From the IMG/VR virus record IMGVR_UViG_3300020472_000011, positions 62,001-116,051 of that record: DNA of 54,051 bases; one strand, 5' to 3'. Position 1 is the stretch's first letter; each line of letters opens with the position of its first letter. The notes below the pieces were generated by a model. It searched no databases. It saw nothing but the letters and a program-made list of their open reading frames with translations, and had not been told where the DNA came from. Position numbers and translations under genes: made by a program. Source of the stretch: an uncultured virus (IMG/VR IMGVR_UViG_3300020472_000011). Its lineage: Duplodnaviria > Heunggongvirae > Uroviricota > Caudoviricetes. Below, piece after piece: positions 35,706 through 50,700 of the stretch.

Positions 35706-38700
35706 TTATAGTTCTATTAACCACCATCCTCTTAGTGCTGGAGGAATGGTCTGTGCAGATGCAGAACCCTCAACGTCAACAGTACCAGCGTAAACTAGAC
35801 CGAATGATGCGTTGCGTGTCTGAACAACTAATTCACCTGAATCCCATGCTGTTGATAAGGTTTGGCCAGCACCTGAACCAATCCTCGAACCACTTGTATC
35901 ACCTTGAATAGCTACCGCTACATTATTTGCTTTCTTGGCTCGTAATATCAAACTTGTATTATATGTTAGGTTACCACTAAGTTCAATGAATCTAATCATA
36001 TCACCTGTCTGTGCATTATCTGGTAGGTATACAACCATGTTACTTCCAGATGAAGCATTAACCATATAGTTTTGGTTAACCTGAAGTGGGTTGTCTTGCT
36101 GTTGACCAATACCAGTTGAAGGATCAAAGGCAACATAAGTATGTCTTCTACCACCACCAGCAGTCCAGTATTTCTCAATACCGAATGAATCAATAGCGTT
36201 GTTCTGATAGATCTTGAAGTCTTTTGGACCAACAGTACCACCAGTACCAGCACCACCTAAGTTATCTATATGGAATATAGGATCAATTGCTGATTCAACA
36301 GATAATACTTTACCAGCCTGATAGAAGGTTTCACCCATCAAGACGTTACCTTCTCTGTTGGTAACTCTGAATGAAGTCTCAGTTGAACAGACTCCATGCA
36401 TCTGACAGTTATCATAGTAGATCTTAAGATCACCGTAGAATGCAGCAGCACCCTTAAGTGTAAGACCAGCAGTATCTGTCTTAGGATCTTCTAGTGATCC
36501 ATCACCTGAGTGACCATCATCGTTAGCGATGGACATGACCAGAGTCTTACCATCAGAACCATACATTCTAACAGCACCACTGATAATCTCAAGATCCTGA
36601 TTGATAGTAGTAGATCCACCACCAAATAGTTTGACAGGTGTAGTACCAGTTACATTAGGTTCTCTAATCTGCTTAGGCATCTTGACTGCATAGAATGCAT
36701 CAAGTGTTCCATCAACAGAATCAGGTAAGAAGAATTCGTTTCCTATTCTTACAAGAGTTACATAATCAAGTTTAGGAGCAATCAGATCAGCATCAGCAAG
36801 TGAGATTTCAAGTCTAATATCACTATTATTTGGTGATCTAGCCTTGAGATCTGTTGCTCTGTCTGCCTGTGTTGCATCCATGTCATGTAGGAGAGTTGTA
36901 GTCCTATCATACTTGTCTAACTTAACAACGTTAGCACCGACAGAGAATGCTTGAGCACTCGTGCCTTCCATTCCACGACCACCATTAGTATACTCAGCAT
37001 TAGATGCTGTTGGTAGTAACAACTCACCACCTGTACCTGTGTAAGGATCATCAGTAAGTTGAATGATTTCAATAGCAGAAGTAGTAAAGATAGCAACCAA
37101 ATCACCCTTAGTGAATGATGTTAGGTTACCTTGAATTTCAATGTTAGATGTTGCAGTTACAACGTTATCAGCAGTTGTTGTTAAAGGACCACCAGAGATA
37201 ACAGACATTGGATTATGTCTGTATACATGGACTTCATCAACACCCTTAGTGTATGCAGCAGGTGATGTACCATACTGTTCAGCAAGCATGAAGATTGTAC
37301 CATGATGGTTACCGACAGTTGTGTCACCTGTACAAGTGTCAACCTCGAAGGTTGTAATGTCAGAACCATTTGTTATAGTTAACTTCTTATTGGTTGTTGC
37401 ATTAACATATGGTGTTGTGCAAGTACCGTTAAGGTTGAATGTACCGTTAATTGTGGTAGTTCCACCAGCACCAGCAGTTATATTACCAGTTGTAGAATCA
37501 ACTTCAAAGACTGTCTCTTCTTGTGCTGTGTCACAACCATTCTTAATGGTTAGTTTCTTAGCAACCTGAGATAGGAGAGTCTTGACCTTAAACATCTCAC
37601 CTTGATCAAAGATGCCATTAGCAGGGCTAGTAGTATCTTCACGATCAATAATTACATAATCACCAAGTGCGATGTTACCACCGAACTGTGCTAGGTATAC
37701 ATTATCCTCAGCACCTGTAGCATCTATAGTTGTAGTAGTCCAAGTAGCATTATACTGTACTGTACACTTGTAGATAGCAGTAGTATCTGGATGATCAGAT
37801 CTAGTAGAGGTGTATGTACCAAATGGTAGTCTTTCAACTACAATCCAGTAAGGTGCAACGTTAATTCTTGGAAGAGAAATAACTTTAACAAATTCTGGAT
37901 GCTTAGTACCACCTGAATCATCAGTATCAATGAGTAGTATATCTTGCTCTGTAATATACTGAGCACCATTACTATCGAACGGACGATTCTTAAGTGGTAA
38001 GTAATACTGATCACCACTCAAACCTGTTAGAGTTAAAGGTTCAACAGTTCCAGCAATCTGTGTAATTGGATTCTGGAATACAGATCCACCCCAATCACCA
38101 GTACCAGCTGTATCAACTGCGTTGTAGTTCTCATCAGTGTTAGAGAGTCTCTTGACTTCAATCAAATCAACATTACTGTTGAATATATTGTTACCAAGAT
38201 CTCCACTAGCATGAGCGAATGCAGTAGATCCAGTTTGTGATCTGTATGCTGTGAATGAGTAAGATGCAAATCCACCACAGAGTGTGATATCAGAGTTAAA
38301 TCTAGCAGCAGAATCAACGACTAGGTTGTTTCTAATTGTAGTCTTACCACCTTTACCAGCGATTGTGATCTCAGAAGCATTAGTAGCAAAGTCAAGTTTA
38401 GATGTAGCAGAGTTACCAGCAAAGAACTCAACAGTTCCAGCAGTAGATGTCAACTTAACAGTGTCAAGTAGTCCTCTAACTGTACCTAACTGGAAGTCTC
38501 CCTTAGTCTTGAATGACTTAGTACCTATAAGTGTATATGATAATGATTCGTTATTCTCATAAGCACCACCTATCTGTACCTTAGAAATATTGGTAGACAT
38601 TGTAGGTGTAAACCCAATGTCAATATTACTATGGAATGAGAAGTTACCTATCTTGATAAACTGATCAGATGGAGTTGCATCTGCAATCTTAATAGTAGTA

Positions 38701-41700
38701 CCAAGTGGTGCAATCTCTACTTCACCAGTGAACGGAGTTCCACCAGCATTAGGGAAGAATTGAACCTTACCTGTAGTAATAGATGTTCTAATCTGTGCAG
38801 TATTGGCTCCACCACCACCATTGATTTCGATATCTTCTTCGAACCTAGCATCACCAGTGAACCTAGACTCACCATCAACAACTAATGCTCTATCTAATTC
38901 AGCATCAGTTACATTAACACCAACACGTCCACCGTTAGCGGTAGAAACTCTGAAGGTTGACTCATCTGTTGGTGAGGAAGAATCTCCACCAACCATGAAT
39001 GCATCAGTACGATCTTGATATGTTCTAGTAGCATCAGTTGCATGTGATGCATAATCAGTGATCTTCTTACCACTAATGAATGCAGTACCAACAACATCAA
39101 GGTTTGCACGTGGGTTTGTCTTAGCATCAACGAAGTTTTGTTTGTAAGATTCTTTATCAGATCTACCAACTGTGTTAATACCAAATTTGTAATCACCAAT
39201 AGCATCAGTCTCTGTTCTAATTGCTTCAGCACCAATAACACCCCACTCTTTCCAGTTGGAATTGGAGTATTCAAGTGTAATATTAGCATTAGCTGCAACT
39301 TCATCAGACCACATTCTTGGGTTCTGATTGTTAACAGTATTCTTAGTTGCACCAATAGCAAACTGTAATGTATTAGCAGCAGGATTAAATCCATTGGATA
39401 TAACTTGCCATGTACCATTGAAGTCACTATCAGTGAATCCACTGAATCTAAGTTCAGAAGATGATGTGATACCAAGTTGCTGGTTTGTTAATGTAGCCCA
39501 TGTAATTGTAATAACGTTAGTGTTATTAAATGCAAGGGATTCAGGAACAGCATTACCAATTGTAGTGTAGTAGTTTGAATAGATCCAACCAAGTGATCCA
39601 GACTTACCAATACTTCCACCCTTAAGGAGCATGTCACCAGAATCAGGAGCACCAGCATTACCATAAGAAACAATCTGACTTGCATTAAATGCACCAGTTT
39701 GATCAGGAGTAATATTAGAAGGTGTAGAACCTGTGATATGTGTTAAGAACTTGTATGCTTGACCATCTCTGCGACTGTTGAACTGGAAAATTGCTGCGGA
39801 AATTTTATTCCTAGCAATGACAACATCACCACCAGTTTCGACATTTCTGACGAATGCTGATCTATCAAGAGAACCATCATCAATAGCAGGATCAACGAAG
39901 GAAGAAATTACCAACGCAGGGTTGTTCCTAACAGTTCCAAGAACATTAATCAGAACTGGTGAGTTAAATGTACTTCTCTTATCCTGAGCCTCACCACCAT
40001 TAACAGTGATGTACTCATTAAATGTAACAGGAGTATCAAACGTTGTAACTAGATTACCTAGTGTCTCGTCATCATCATCAGAATCTTGTAATGTTGCAGA
40101 CTCAAGGAATACTTCTTCACCAGTGATAGCATCAATCTTACGGTTACCAATGTATAGGTCACCATTAGAGTTAAGACCAGTGTAGAATACTAAACCACCA
40201 TTCTGCTTCTTAGACTGTGCATAGAAGTCTTGTATCTCTGTGAGTACAACCTCTTGACGTTGAGGTAGACCAGTTGAGTAGTTACCTGGACCAAAACCAA
40301 GATATTCAAACGTGTGGTTACCAGCTCTTGCGATAGATGGTCTTCGAAGTTCAACATAGTATCGTTGATCTGCTACGACTGTACTATCACCAGAGATAGG
40401 AATTAATCTATCTTCAGATCCAGAAGCAGCGTTACCCTTCTGTGCTTTGATTCTATTATCAATAGAAGATGATACTTGTGTATAAGTATTGTCTCCGAAT
40501 GCATTGTTCTTAACTAGATCAATGACACTCTCTTGAGTTAGTGAACCCTTGAAGTCATTAACTCTTACAAGACCATGAACATAGTTATCAGCAGCAGAAT
40601 ATGTCTGAGGTGGATCAACTAATGTTGCATCCAACTGCTGATACCAGAGAGGATCGTTCTTATAGTTTAATGGATATAGTGAGGAGATAGGCTGAGAGAA
40701 CTTAAAGTTCCTGAAGTTGCCTAAATTACCAGCACCTTGAGGTAGTGGTGAAATGTTACCACGAACAGCAGTTAGATAATAGATACCATCTTGCTGACCA
40801 TAGATACGTTTCTGAATCTCTTGTGTATTGAAGACATAGAATGTGTCATCAATCTGACCAACATCTTCTACTGACTCAACATAGTATTGGATACTTGCAT
40901 CGTCTTCAATAATATCACCTGGTGTGATAGTATAAACACCAGCACCATTCTGTCTGTAATAGAATTCAGGATATTCTTTCTTAATAAGATCCTTAAGTAC
41001 CAATGACTTACCCATGTCAGCATCAGCAAGTAGATCAGCGAATGCTGTACCCTGACTGAACCTTGTGTTGTCAATAGCATCATAGTCAATCTTACCAACA
41101 ACATCCTTAAGGATCATGTGCCATGTAGTAGTACCAGGTACATTCATGATGGCATGTAGATAACCATAACCACTAGAATTACCAGCCCACTCGACCTTGT
41201 TACCTTCTACAGATTGTGTCTTGTTAGCAGTGAATGTTCCACCTTGAGGTGCAGTAATCTTAATAGTATTAAACTTAGTGTTAAGTAATGCAGGATTAGT
41301 AACACCATGTTCAAACACAGTTAGTTCTAAGTAGTCAGTTAATCCACCAGTCTGAACATATCTACCAGACTGAATAGTCATAGAGATATAGTTCTGTGTT
41401 GTAATAACTTTCTTAAACTGTGTATTACCTACGACATCCTTCTTGTATGGATCGTATGCAATCTCATCATTAAGACTATTAGAAATGAACTCTTGCTTAG
41501 TATATCCAATGTACTCATTAGATTGTATTGGGTTAGAGAAACGTGCCTTAGTTGTACCACCAGAGACAGGCTTAAGACTTATCTTCTGAGGTACTATTCT
41601 TCTAGTTTCATCAGTCCTTGTCTTGATAGTGAATCCGTTAAGTGGATCACGAACAGATTGTAAATACTGAGGTATAACATAACGTAAACGATATAGTCTA

Positions 41701-44700
41701 TCGTTAGCAGGTCTCTCATCCTTAATTCTTTCGAACCAAGAATCATTTGTCTTATCAATACCATCAGCATACTCTCTAAGTCTCTTGATGATTTGATCTG
41801 TACCGTTGCTATTCTCAACCTGTAAGTACCACTTACCATATATTACTGGGTTAGTATTAGGATTAACAAACGTTGGATCAAATCTCATTGGAGACTGACG
41901 CTTGTTAGCAAATACGTTAAAGTCGTAAGTACCTGGTTGATATGTTATTGGGTTAACACCTTGCTCTGCATCACTCTTAGTCTTATGGATAGTAAAGACT
42001 TTCTCTGTTTGATACCTAGCAAAGAAGTACTTGTTACCTAACAGTCTACCTTGACTATCTGCAACAGTATTATCACTAGCATATGCTGCACCAACTAGAG
42101 GTAGAGCACCACCTTCTCTTTTTCTAAAGAATACTGTGTGTCCAGTAATGTTAGAGAATGGAACATCAAAGATGTGTGGAACATCTGTACGGATGTTTGT
42201 ATTACTTACACCATCAAGTACACAACCATATTGATGTAGATCATAGTTATCATCAAGAACAAACTGATAGATATCAATCTCTATGTCTGGATGTATATCT
42301 TCTACTTCAGCAGAGTGTAGGTAGATACCAGCAGCAGCATTCTCTTTGCTGCTTGCAAGCATAATCTTAGTCTGATCACTTCCATTGAATACAGCATTAG
42401 CAGAATAATTTTCTGGTTGTGTATTTCTTGCTGGAGCAATTACATAGTACTCTTGGTTGGTAGCAAATCCATTAGGAAGTCTAACGAAACGCTTATCAAC
42501 ATCAACATAAGAATTGGTTTGTGTATCATAACGTGGACGTGGAACCAATCTAATTGGTGTGCCTGTCTCAAGATCATGTGGATTAGCACCAACTCCTTGT
42601 GTCAAGGTAAAGACTGTTGCTCTAGATGATAATGATGTAGTTAACTGTGATGGTTGACTACGTGGTACACTACCCAATCCAGTTTGGATAATTGTGCTAA
42701 TATTAGCGAAGTACTGACGAATAGCATTTGCTTGATCAACACACTGAGGATACGTTGTATTCTGTGTGATAGTATTGTCAACTGTTCTAGTAAGAGTTGT
42801 GTATACTGCATCAGCAAACTCAAAGTGTAAGTAAGAGTTAGTGCTAGTTGCGTTAGCATTAATAGAAGGACCAAACTCTAGACCAAGAGGAACAGGGTTC
42901 CTTTCAACACTGTCAAGATAAGAAGCAGAATTGATAGTTCCAGTGATTATCTGGTAGAGAGTTGTGATTGTAGATGCAACCTGTTGACAAGCACCATTAG
43001 AAATGGTTCTTGTTACACCATCAAGAGATGTTGGTGTTTCAACTGTATCAATAACAATCTTGAATAGTGAATTAAGTGTTGATCTTACATCTTCACATGA
43101 TCCAACTGAAGGAGTTCTTGTAACTCCACCAATTACAATCTTCTCTGATGCACTGACGAAGGTATGAGTTGAGATATCAGATGATATACCAACATTAACC
43201 GTGATTGTGGTAGCAGTAGTGCCAGTAATGGTAGGATCATTGTTTGAAGCTGGGTCGGTTGAACGTGGATAAGTATGATTTGTTGCGTTGTTATCTCTCT
43301 CACATGTAAATGTTAGTGAGTTATCAACGATGTGTACACTAGTTCCATTTGTATAACTATGAGCACCAATATCAAGTGTTAACGAACCAGTTGTAGGATC
43401 ATAAGTTGATGTGGTTACTGTATGGTTTTTACCAGATAATGTACTAGGATCTGTAATAGCATCAGTTACAATCTTAGTAAGAACACCAACAGCAGATCTC
43501 ATGTCCTCACAAGGACCAACAGAATCTGTACGTGTTATACCTTGTAGTGATGTTGAATCAGATATTGTGCCAGTTAAGATAGCAACTAAAGTATCAATAG
43601 CACTCAATACAACATTACAATCTCCATTAATAACACCATTAGTAATGGTAAGATCTCTTGTCTGAGTTAATGATGTGTGACCACCAACAGTAACTTCTAC
43701 GTTAGTAGCAATCTCTTTGATGATGTCACGTACTGCATTGAATGCAAAGATAGTTTCACTTTCAGATCCAGCAGCATGAGCACCAGCAACATAAAGGTTA
43801 GCAGCATCCCATACTCTATGGTTACCACCATAACCTGTGTTATGTGCAACAACTTTAACTACATCTTTAAGATCATCTAAACAATCAGTAGAACTGTAAC
43901 CAGCTTGCCATGAATATGAAGGGAACTGAGCAATCATTCTACCCAGTGCTACCTCTGCTGCAAACTCAACGTTATCCAAGATTAGATTCTTAGCATCAGC
44001 ATGTCTGCTACTTACATGAGGAGCAACCTCACCAGTAATAGTAGTGTCCCTAACCTGTGTACGTCCATGAGAACCAAGTGTTACAATGTTCTCATTCCTA
44101 GCGATTTGAATCATCAAATCACGTGCATGATTAAGTGCTTGGGTAGTTTGTGCTTCTTCTCCAGCAACCTCTTGAACCATACCCTGTACATAGAGATCGG
44201 TCATCTCCCAAACTCTATCGTTACCACCATATGCTAGGTTGTATGAAACTTCTTCAACGAAGTCTACGATGTCATCTTTACAATCCTGTTGGTTACCTGT
44301 TGGAGGAACAAATCCAGGATGTTGTACCAACATTCTCTCGTATGCTTCATCAGCAATGAGTAGTTTGTTAGCAACAACTAAGTTACGAGCATCAGCAAAT
44401 TTATTTGATGGTGCAGGGTTAACTTCATTGAATGTAATACTCTTATCAAATACCTGTGGAAGACCATGATGTCCAGTAACAAGAATCTTCTGGTTTCTAA
44501 GTGCTTGAGCAGCCATTTCACGTGCTTGCTCAAATACATAATTGGTTTCATCTTCTTCACCAGCTACATGAGCACCAGTCTTGTATGAGTATGCTGCATC
44601 CCATGTCTTATCATTACCACCATAAGCAATGTTATCAGCAACTGCTTCAAGTAGATCAACAACATCATCAATACAATCTTGATTGTGATACTGTTGATTA

Positions 44701-47700
44701 CCAGCAACTGTGAATACTTTGTGTATGGAATTGTTTACTGCACTAACAAACTTATGGAAGTAAGAACCACCAGTTTGAATAGCACCAGCAGACGCACTCT
44801 TGAATTGGTGTGGATACTGATTAGATAGAGTAGCAACACCTACATTAACTGTAAATGTTCCAGTTTCTTTCTGAACATTACCAGCAACTGATCTTACAAA
44901 TGTATGATTAGCAGTAGGATAATGTCTGATTGAATTAGCAGTAGCACTTACAAATGTATGTGGTGATGCTGGTTCGAAATGAACAGCATTAGCAACAGAA
45001 TTTACAAATGTATGAGTATATCTCTGGTTGTAGATGATAGCATTAGCAGTTGCATTAACAAAGGTATGATCATACTGATCATTAGCAGCAGCTGCACCAA
45101 CATTAACTGTAATTGTTGTAGTTGTAGCATCCTTAATTTCTATATCACTATTGTATGCTGGATCAGTAACTCTAGGATATGAGTGGTTAGTTGCATTAGC
45201 ATCTTTAGCACACTGGAATGTTAAAGAATCAGGTGCTATCTTAATCTTCTCACCATTTTGTAGATCATGTACTCCAATAGTAAGAGTCATATCACCAGTG
45301 ATTGCATTATAAGATGCAGCAGTAGGAGTATAGTTAGTTAATTGTGAAGCACCAATATTAACTGTAACAGTTCCATTCTGTCTATGTAATCCATTAGCAA
45401 CAGCAGATACAAATGAATGTACTGACTTATCCTGAGAAATACCTACATTAACTTCAAATGTATTAGTAGTCTTATCAGCAATCTTCAACCACCTTGAACT
45501 TACAGGGTCAAATCCTGCCCGTGGATATTTTTTCTGACTTACGTTACCATCAAGGTCACATGTCAGTGTTAAAGATTCATCATCTAACTTAATATAATCA
45601 CCATTAGAGAATCCATGATTGTTAACTGTTAGTTTAAGAACACCTGTCTCAGGAGTATATTCTGCACCACTAACACTATGCATAGATGCACCAACACTAT
45701 TAACAGTGATTGATTTTTCACCTGCATATGGATCTATTCCAGGACGTGGGTAACTATGGTTAGAAGTATGATTATCCTTAGAACATGTAAAGGTTAGTGA
45801 ATTATCCTTAAGAATAATACCTGCACCTTCACGAAGACCATGCTGACCTATTGTAAGAATAAGATCACCAGTGGTTGAGTTATAGTCAGCAGCACTAGGA
45901 GTCCATGTCTGATTATCTCCAGCATTACCAACATTAACTGTAATTGTATTTGCAGTCCTAGCAATAATATCTACAGATCTTCCAGATACTCTATCACTAG
46001 CAGTCTGACGTGTGATTCCATCAGCAACACCACTTATAAATGCATGTGTGTCTGTGTTAGTAGAAGGTAAAGCTTCAAGACATTGGAACTCAAATGAATC
46101 AACACCTGTCTCTGTTACCTTAATCCATGTACCACTTACAGGATCACTAGGACGTGGATATGATTTCTCAGCAGCAGTACCTGTTGCTCCATTAAATCCA
46201 CAACTGAATGTTAGAGCACCATCAGCGATCTTAACAAAGTCACCAGTTTTTAATCCATGATTAGCAGTTGTTGTAATAGAAACAATACCTGTTGTAGGAT
46301 TATATGTTGTGCCAGTAGTTGCAGTAAGACCTTTAGATGCTGGACGTGGATAAAGTTTATTGGACTGCTCTTCATCCATCTGACACTTAAATGTCAGTGA
46401 GTTATCATCAATAGTAATACCATCACCAACTGCAAGAGAATGACTACCAATTGTTAGAGTAAGATCTCCAGTTGCAGGATCATAATTTGCTCCTGTTGGT
46501 GTAAATACATTCTCGGTTATGTCAGCAGTTACAGCACCATAATCAGCAGAAACAAATGTATGACCATAGTTACCACCACTGGTTATAGCGTCAGCAGTTG
46601 CAGAGACAAATGCATGAACAGTAGTGTTAGAAGACTTACCAACATCAAGAGTAATTGTTGTTGCTGTTACAGCTGTAATATCTACAGGTGAATCATAAGA
46701 CTTATCTTTCTTCTGAGTAATACCACCAGCGACAGCAGATACAAATGTATGATCTGTAGTGTTGGTTGAAGGTGCAGAATCTAATACTTGGATATCAAAT
46801 GTATTTGTCTGTGTATTAGAAATCTTAACCCACTTGTTACTGATAGGATCAGATGCTCTTGGGTATGTGTGGTTAGTAGCATGACTATCTTGAGCACATG
46901 TAAATGTTAGAGAATCATCTGCTAACTTAACCCAATCACCATCACGCATTCCGTGACCAGCAACAGTAACTGTAATGATACCAGTATCAGGATCATAGGC
47001 AGCCATGGTTGCTGTATGACTTTCAATTGTTGTTCTAGGATATGCATGGTTAGTAGCATTATTGTCCTGACCACATGTGAATGTGACTCCAGCATCAGCA
47101 ATCTTAACAGACTCACCAACAGTTAGGTTATGAGAACCAATGGTCAATGTCATTAAACCATTTGCAGGATCAAAAGATGCATCCGTTGGAGTGTGACTGA
47201 CTAAAGGTGAAGCACCAACATTAACTGTAACTGTTGTAGCATCAGCAGCAGTAACTACTGTACCTGTTGAGTAGATAGGATCACTAGAACGAGGATAAGT
47301 CTTAATGTCAGAAGTACCACCCATTGCACAACGGAACTTCAATGAATCCTGTGCTATAGTAATATTCTTACCAACAGGAATGTTATGATTAGGAATAGTC
47401 AATACTAACTGACCAGTTGCAGCTGTGTATGTGGCAGCAGTAGGTGTATATGTTTGAGAAGCACCAGCCTGACCAACATTAACTTTGAAAGTATTTGTTG
47501 TTGCATCAGAAATTACTAACCACTTACCATTGCTAGGATCTTTAAGTCTTGGATATGCATGCTCAGTTGCATGGTTATCCATATCACATGTAAATGTGAG
47601 TGATCCATCAGCAATTTTAATTCTATCACCATTGGTGAATCCATGATTAGCAACAGTAAGAACTAGATCACCAGTGGAAGGATTGTATGAAGCATCTGTT

Positions 47701-50700
47701 GAACTATGATAAGAAGAACCAACTGACTTAACAGGTAGAGATGATGTTCCAGCAGGATCAGTAGGTCTAGGATAAGCATGGTCTGTAGCATTATTATCTG
47801 CATTACATGAGAACTTGATAGAGTTACCAATAATTCTAACGTCTTGACCTGGTTCCAAATCATGTGATCCAACTGTGACTGTCATGTCACCAGTAGAAGG
47901 ATTGTAAGTTGCATCACTTACATCAAGATTACCTTGACCTGTAGTACCAATATTAACAGTAAACTGATTAGTAGATGCTGCTAGAACTGGTAGATCTTCC
48001 TGATATGCAGGGTCACTAATACGTGGATATGCATGTTGACTGTTGTGACCATCCATGTCACAAGTAAAGTTCAATGCACCATAGTCAATTCTTACACGAT
48101 CATTAGCCTTCTTAATACCATTTGGATTAGAAGATATGAATGTGTGTGCATAGTTTCCACCAGTAGTAATTGCATTAGGTATAGCAGATACAAATTGATG
48201 TGCAGTAGTGTTAGAAGATGTACCAACATCTAAAGTTACTGTTCCATCGTATCTTGTTAATCCATTAGCAACAGCACTTACAAATATATGTGCGTAGTTA
48301 CCACCAGAAATTAAAGCACCACTAGTAGCAGATACAAATTGATGTAGATAGTTACCACCTGTCTTAAGAGCACCTGCATCAGCAGACTTAAATGTATGAA
48401 CATATCCACCACCAGACTTAACAGCACCTGCTAGTGCAGATACGAAAGTATGTACGTCTGTAGTCTTGCTTGAAGGTCCAACATTAACTGTAATAGTATC
48501 AGCAGTAACACCAGTGATTTCTATTGCCTGATCATATGATCTGTCAACCTTAGAAGTAATACCGTTGTTGCTTCCAGTTATGAATGTATGAGCAGTAACG
48601 TTAGTAGAAGGAATGACATCCAATACTTGTACATCAAATGTAGTTCCAGTTACATTAGAAACCTTCAACCACTTACTACTTACTGGATCAGTTACACGAG
48701 GATATGTGTGGTTGGTGCTGTTATTATCCTCCATACATGTGAAGGTAAATGCACCAGTAGCAAACTGAACATAGTCACCATTCTTGATGTTATGAGCAGC
48801 AGTTGTTACACTCAATATACCTGTAGTTGGATCATATGTTGTACCAGCAGCAGCTGTGTGTGTTTCAGTAGCAGATCTAGGATAAGACTTAGCACTCTGA
48901 CTACCAGTAGAGAATCCAACGAATACTGTCATTGTTGTACCAGTGACAGAATCTAAACCTAGTGTTTCATTACGGAATGGATCACCAGCACGAGGATATG
49001 TGTGTTGTGTAGCGTTGTTATCAGCATCACAAGTGAATGTTAATGCATCCTGATCAAATGTGATTGTACTATTTGCTTTCTTAAGACCACTAGCAGTTGC
49101 AGAAACAAATGTATGTGCATAGTTTCCACCAGATGTAACACAGTCAGCAGTTGCAGAAACAAATAAGTGTGCTGTAACATTAGTAGATGGGATTGTACTT
49201 AGTACCTGAACACTAATTGTTGTAGCAGTTACATCAGTAATAGCAAATGATTTATCAGAGAATGGATCAGTTGTACGAGGATAAGTATGTGTTGTTTGAT
49301 GATTATCTTCAGCACAAGTGAATGTTAGAGAGTTATCTGCAATCTTAACAGCAGTACCAACAGTCAAACTATGAGCACCAATGGTAAGTTCCATTATACC
49401 AGTGGTAGGATTATAATTTGCACCTGTAGGTGTATGCTGTATTAATGGAGATGAACCAACATCAACTGAGAATGAATCTGTAGTAACATTAGAGATTTGT
49501 AACCACTTACCGAATGTAGGATCAGACTTACGTGGGTATGTCTTAGTAGAAACATTGCCATCCATAGCACAGTTAAGTGATATGGAACCTTCTGCAAATT
49601 TAACTCTATCACCATTACTAAATCCATGATTAGCAATGGTAACAAGCATAGTACCAGTTGCAGCATTATATGTTGCATCTGTTACTGTATGTGTAGAAGC
49701 AGCATTCAAAGCATGTGCTCCAACTTCAAGAACCAATTCACCTGTGATAGGATCGTATGTTGTTCCAGAAGCTGCTGTCAATGCTGTGCTACCATCAGCA
49801 GTAACACCACCAGCAGCACCAGTGATAAAGGTATGTGGAACATTACCATAAGTACAACTAAATGTTACACCAGCATCATCAATCTTGATTGACTCACCAA
49901 CAGTTAGACTGTGGTTTCCAATCTTCAAGGTCATCTCACCTGTTGCAGGGTTGTATGAACCATCATCAACATTGTGACTTACTATTGGAGATTGACCAAC
50001 ATTAATAGTAATAGTTGTAGCTGACGCTGCTGTAATTTCAATAGAAGTATCATTTACAGGGTCAGTAACACGAGGATAAGACTTGACACTATAGTTTCCA
50101 TCCATCTCACAAGTAAACTTGAGAGAATTAGGATCAACCTTAACACTTGTGCCAGCAGTTAAACTGTGACTACCTATAGTTAATTCCATCAATCCTGTGT
50201 TAGGATCATAGGTAGCATTAGTTGGTGTAAACTCTACAATAGGAGACTTACCAACATTAACTGTAATGTCACCACCTCTCTTAGAGATAGCATAGTTAGT
50301 TGCTCTCTTAAATGTATGAGCAGACTGTGGTAGATGCTTAACTGAATTTGTTAATGCAGATACGAATGTATGTGCTGACTGAGGCTTATATTCTACAGCA
50401 TCAGTAAGAGCAGATACAAATGTGTGAGCATATCTATTAGCAGGATCAGCATCGAAACCAACATTAATTGTTAGTGTTCCGTCTTGCTTTAAGATACCAT
50501 TAGCAGAAGCAGATACAAATGTGTGTACTGAATTATCAGTAGAAGAACCAACGTTAATGGTTAATGTATCAGTGCTTGCTGATAGGATAGGAACCCATCT
50601 GTTGCTGAGTGAATCAAAGTTGGTACGTGGATATGTCTTCTGACTTACGTTACCATCAAGTTCACATGTTAATGTAATAGAATTATCTGCTACCTGAATG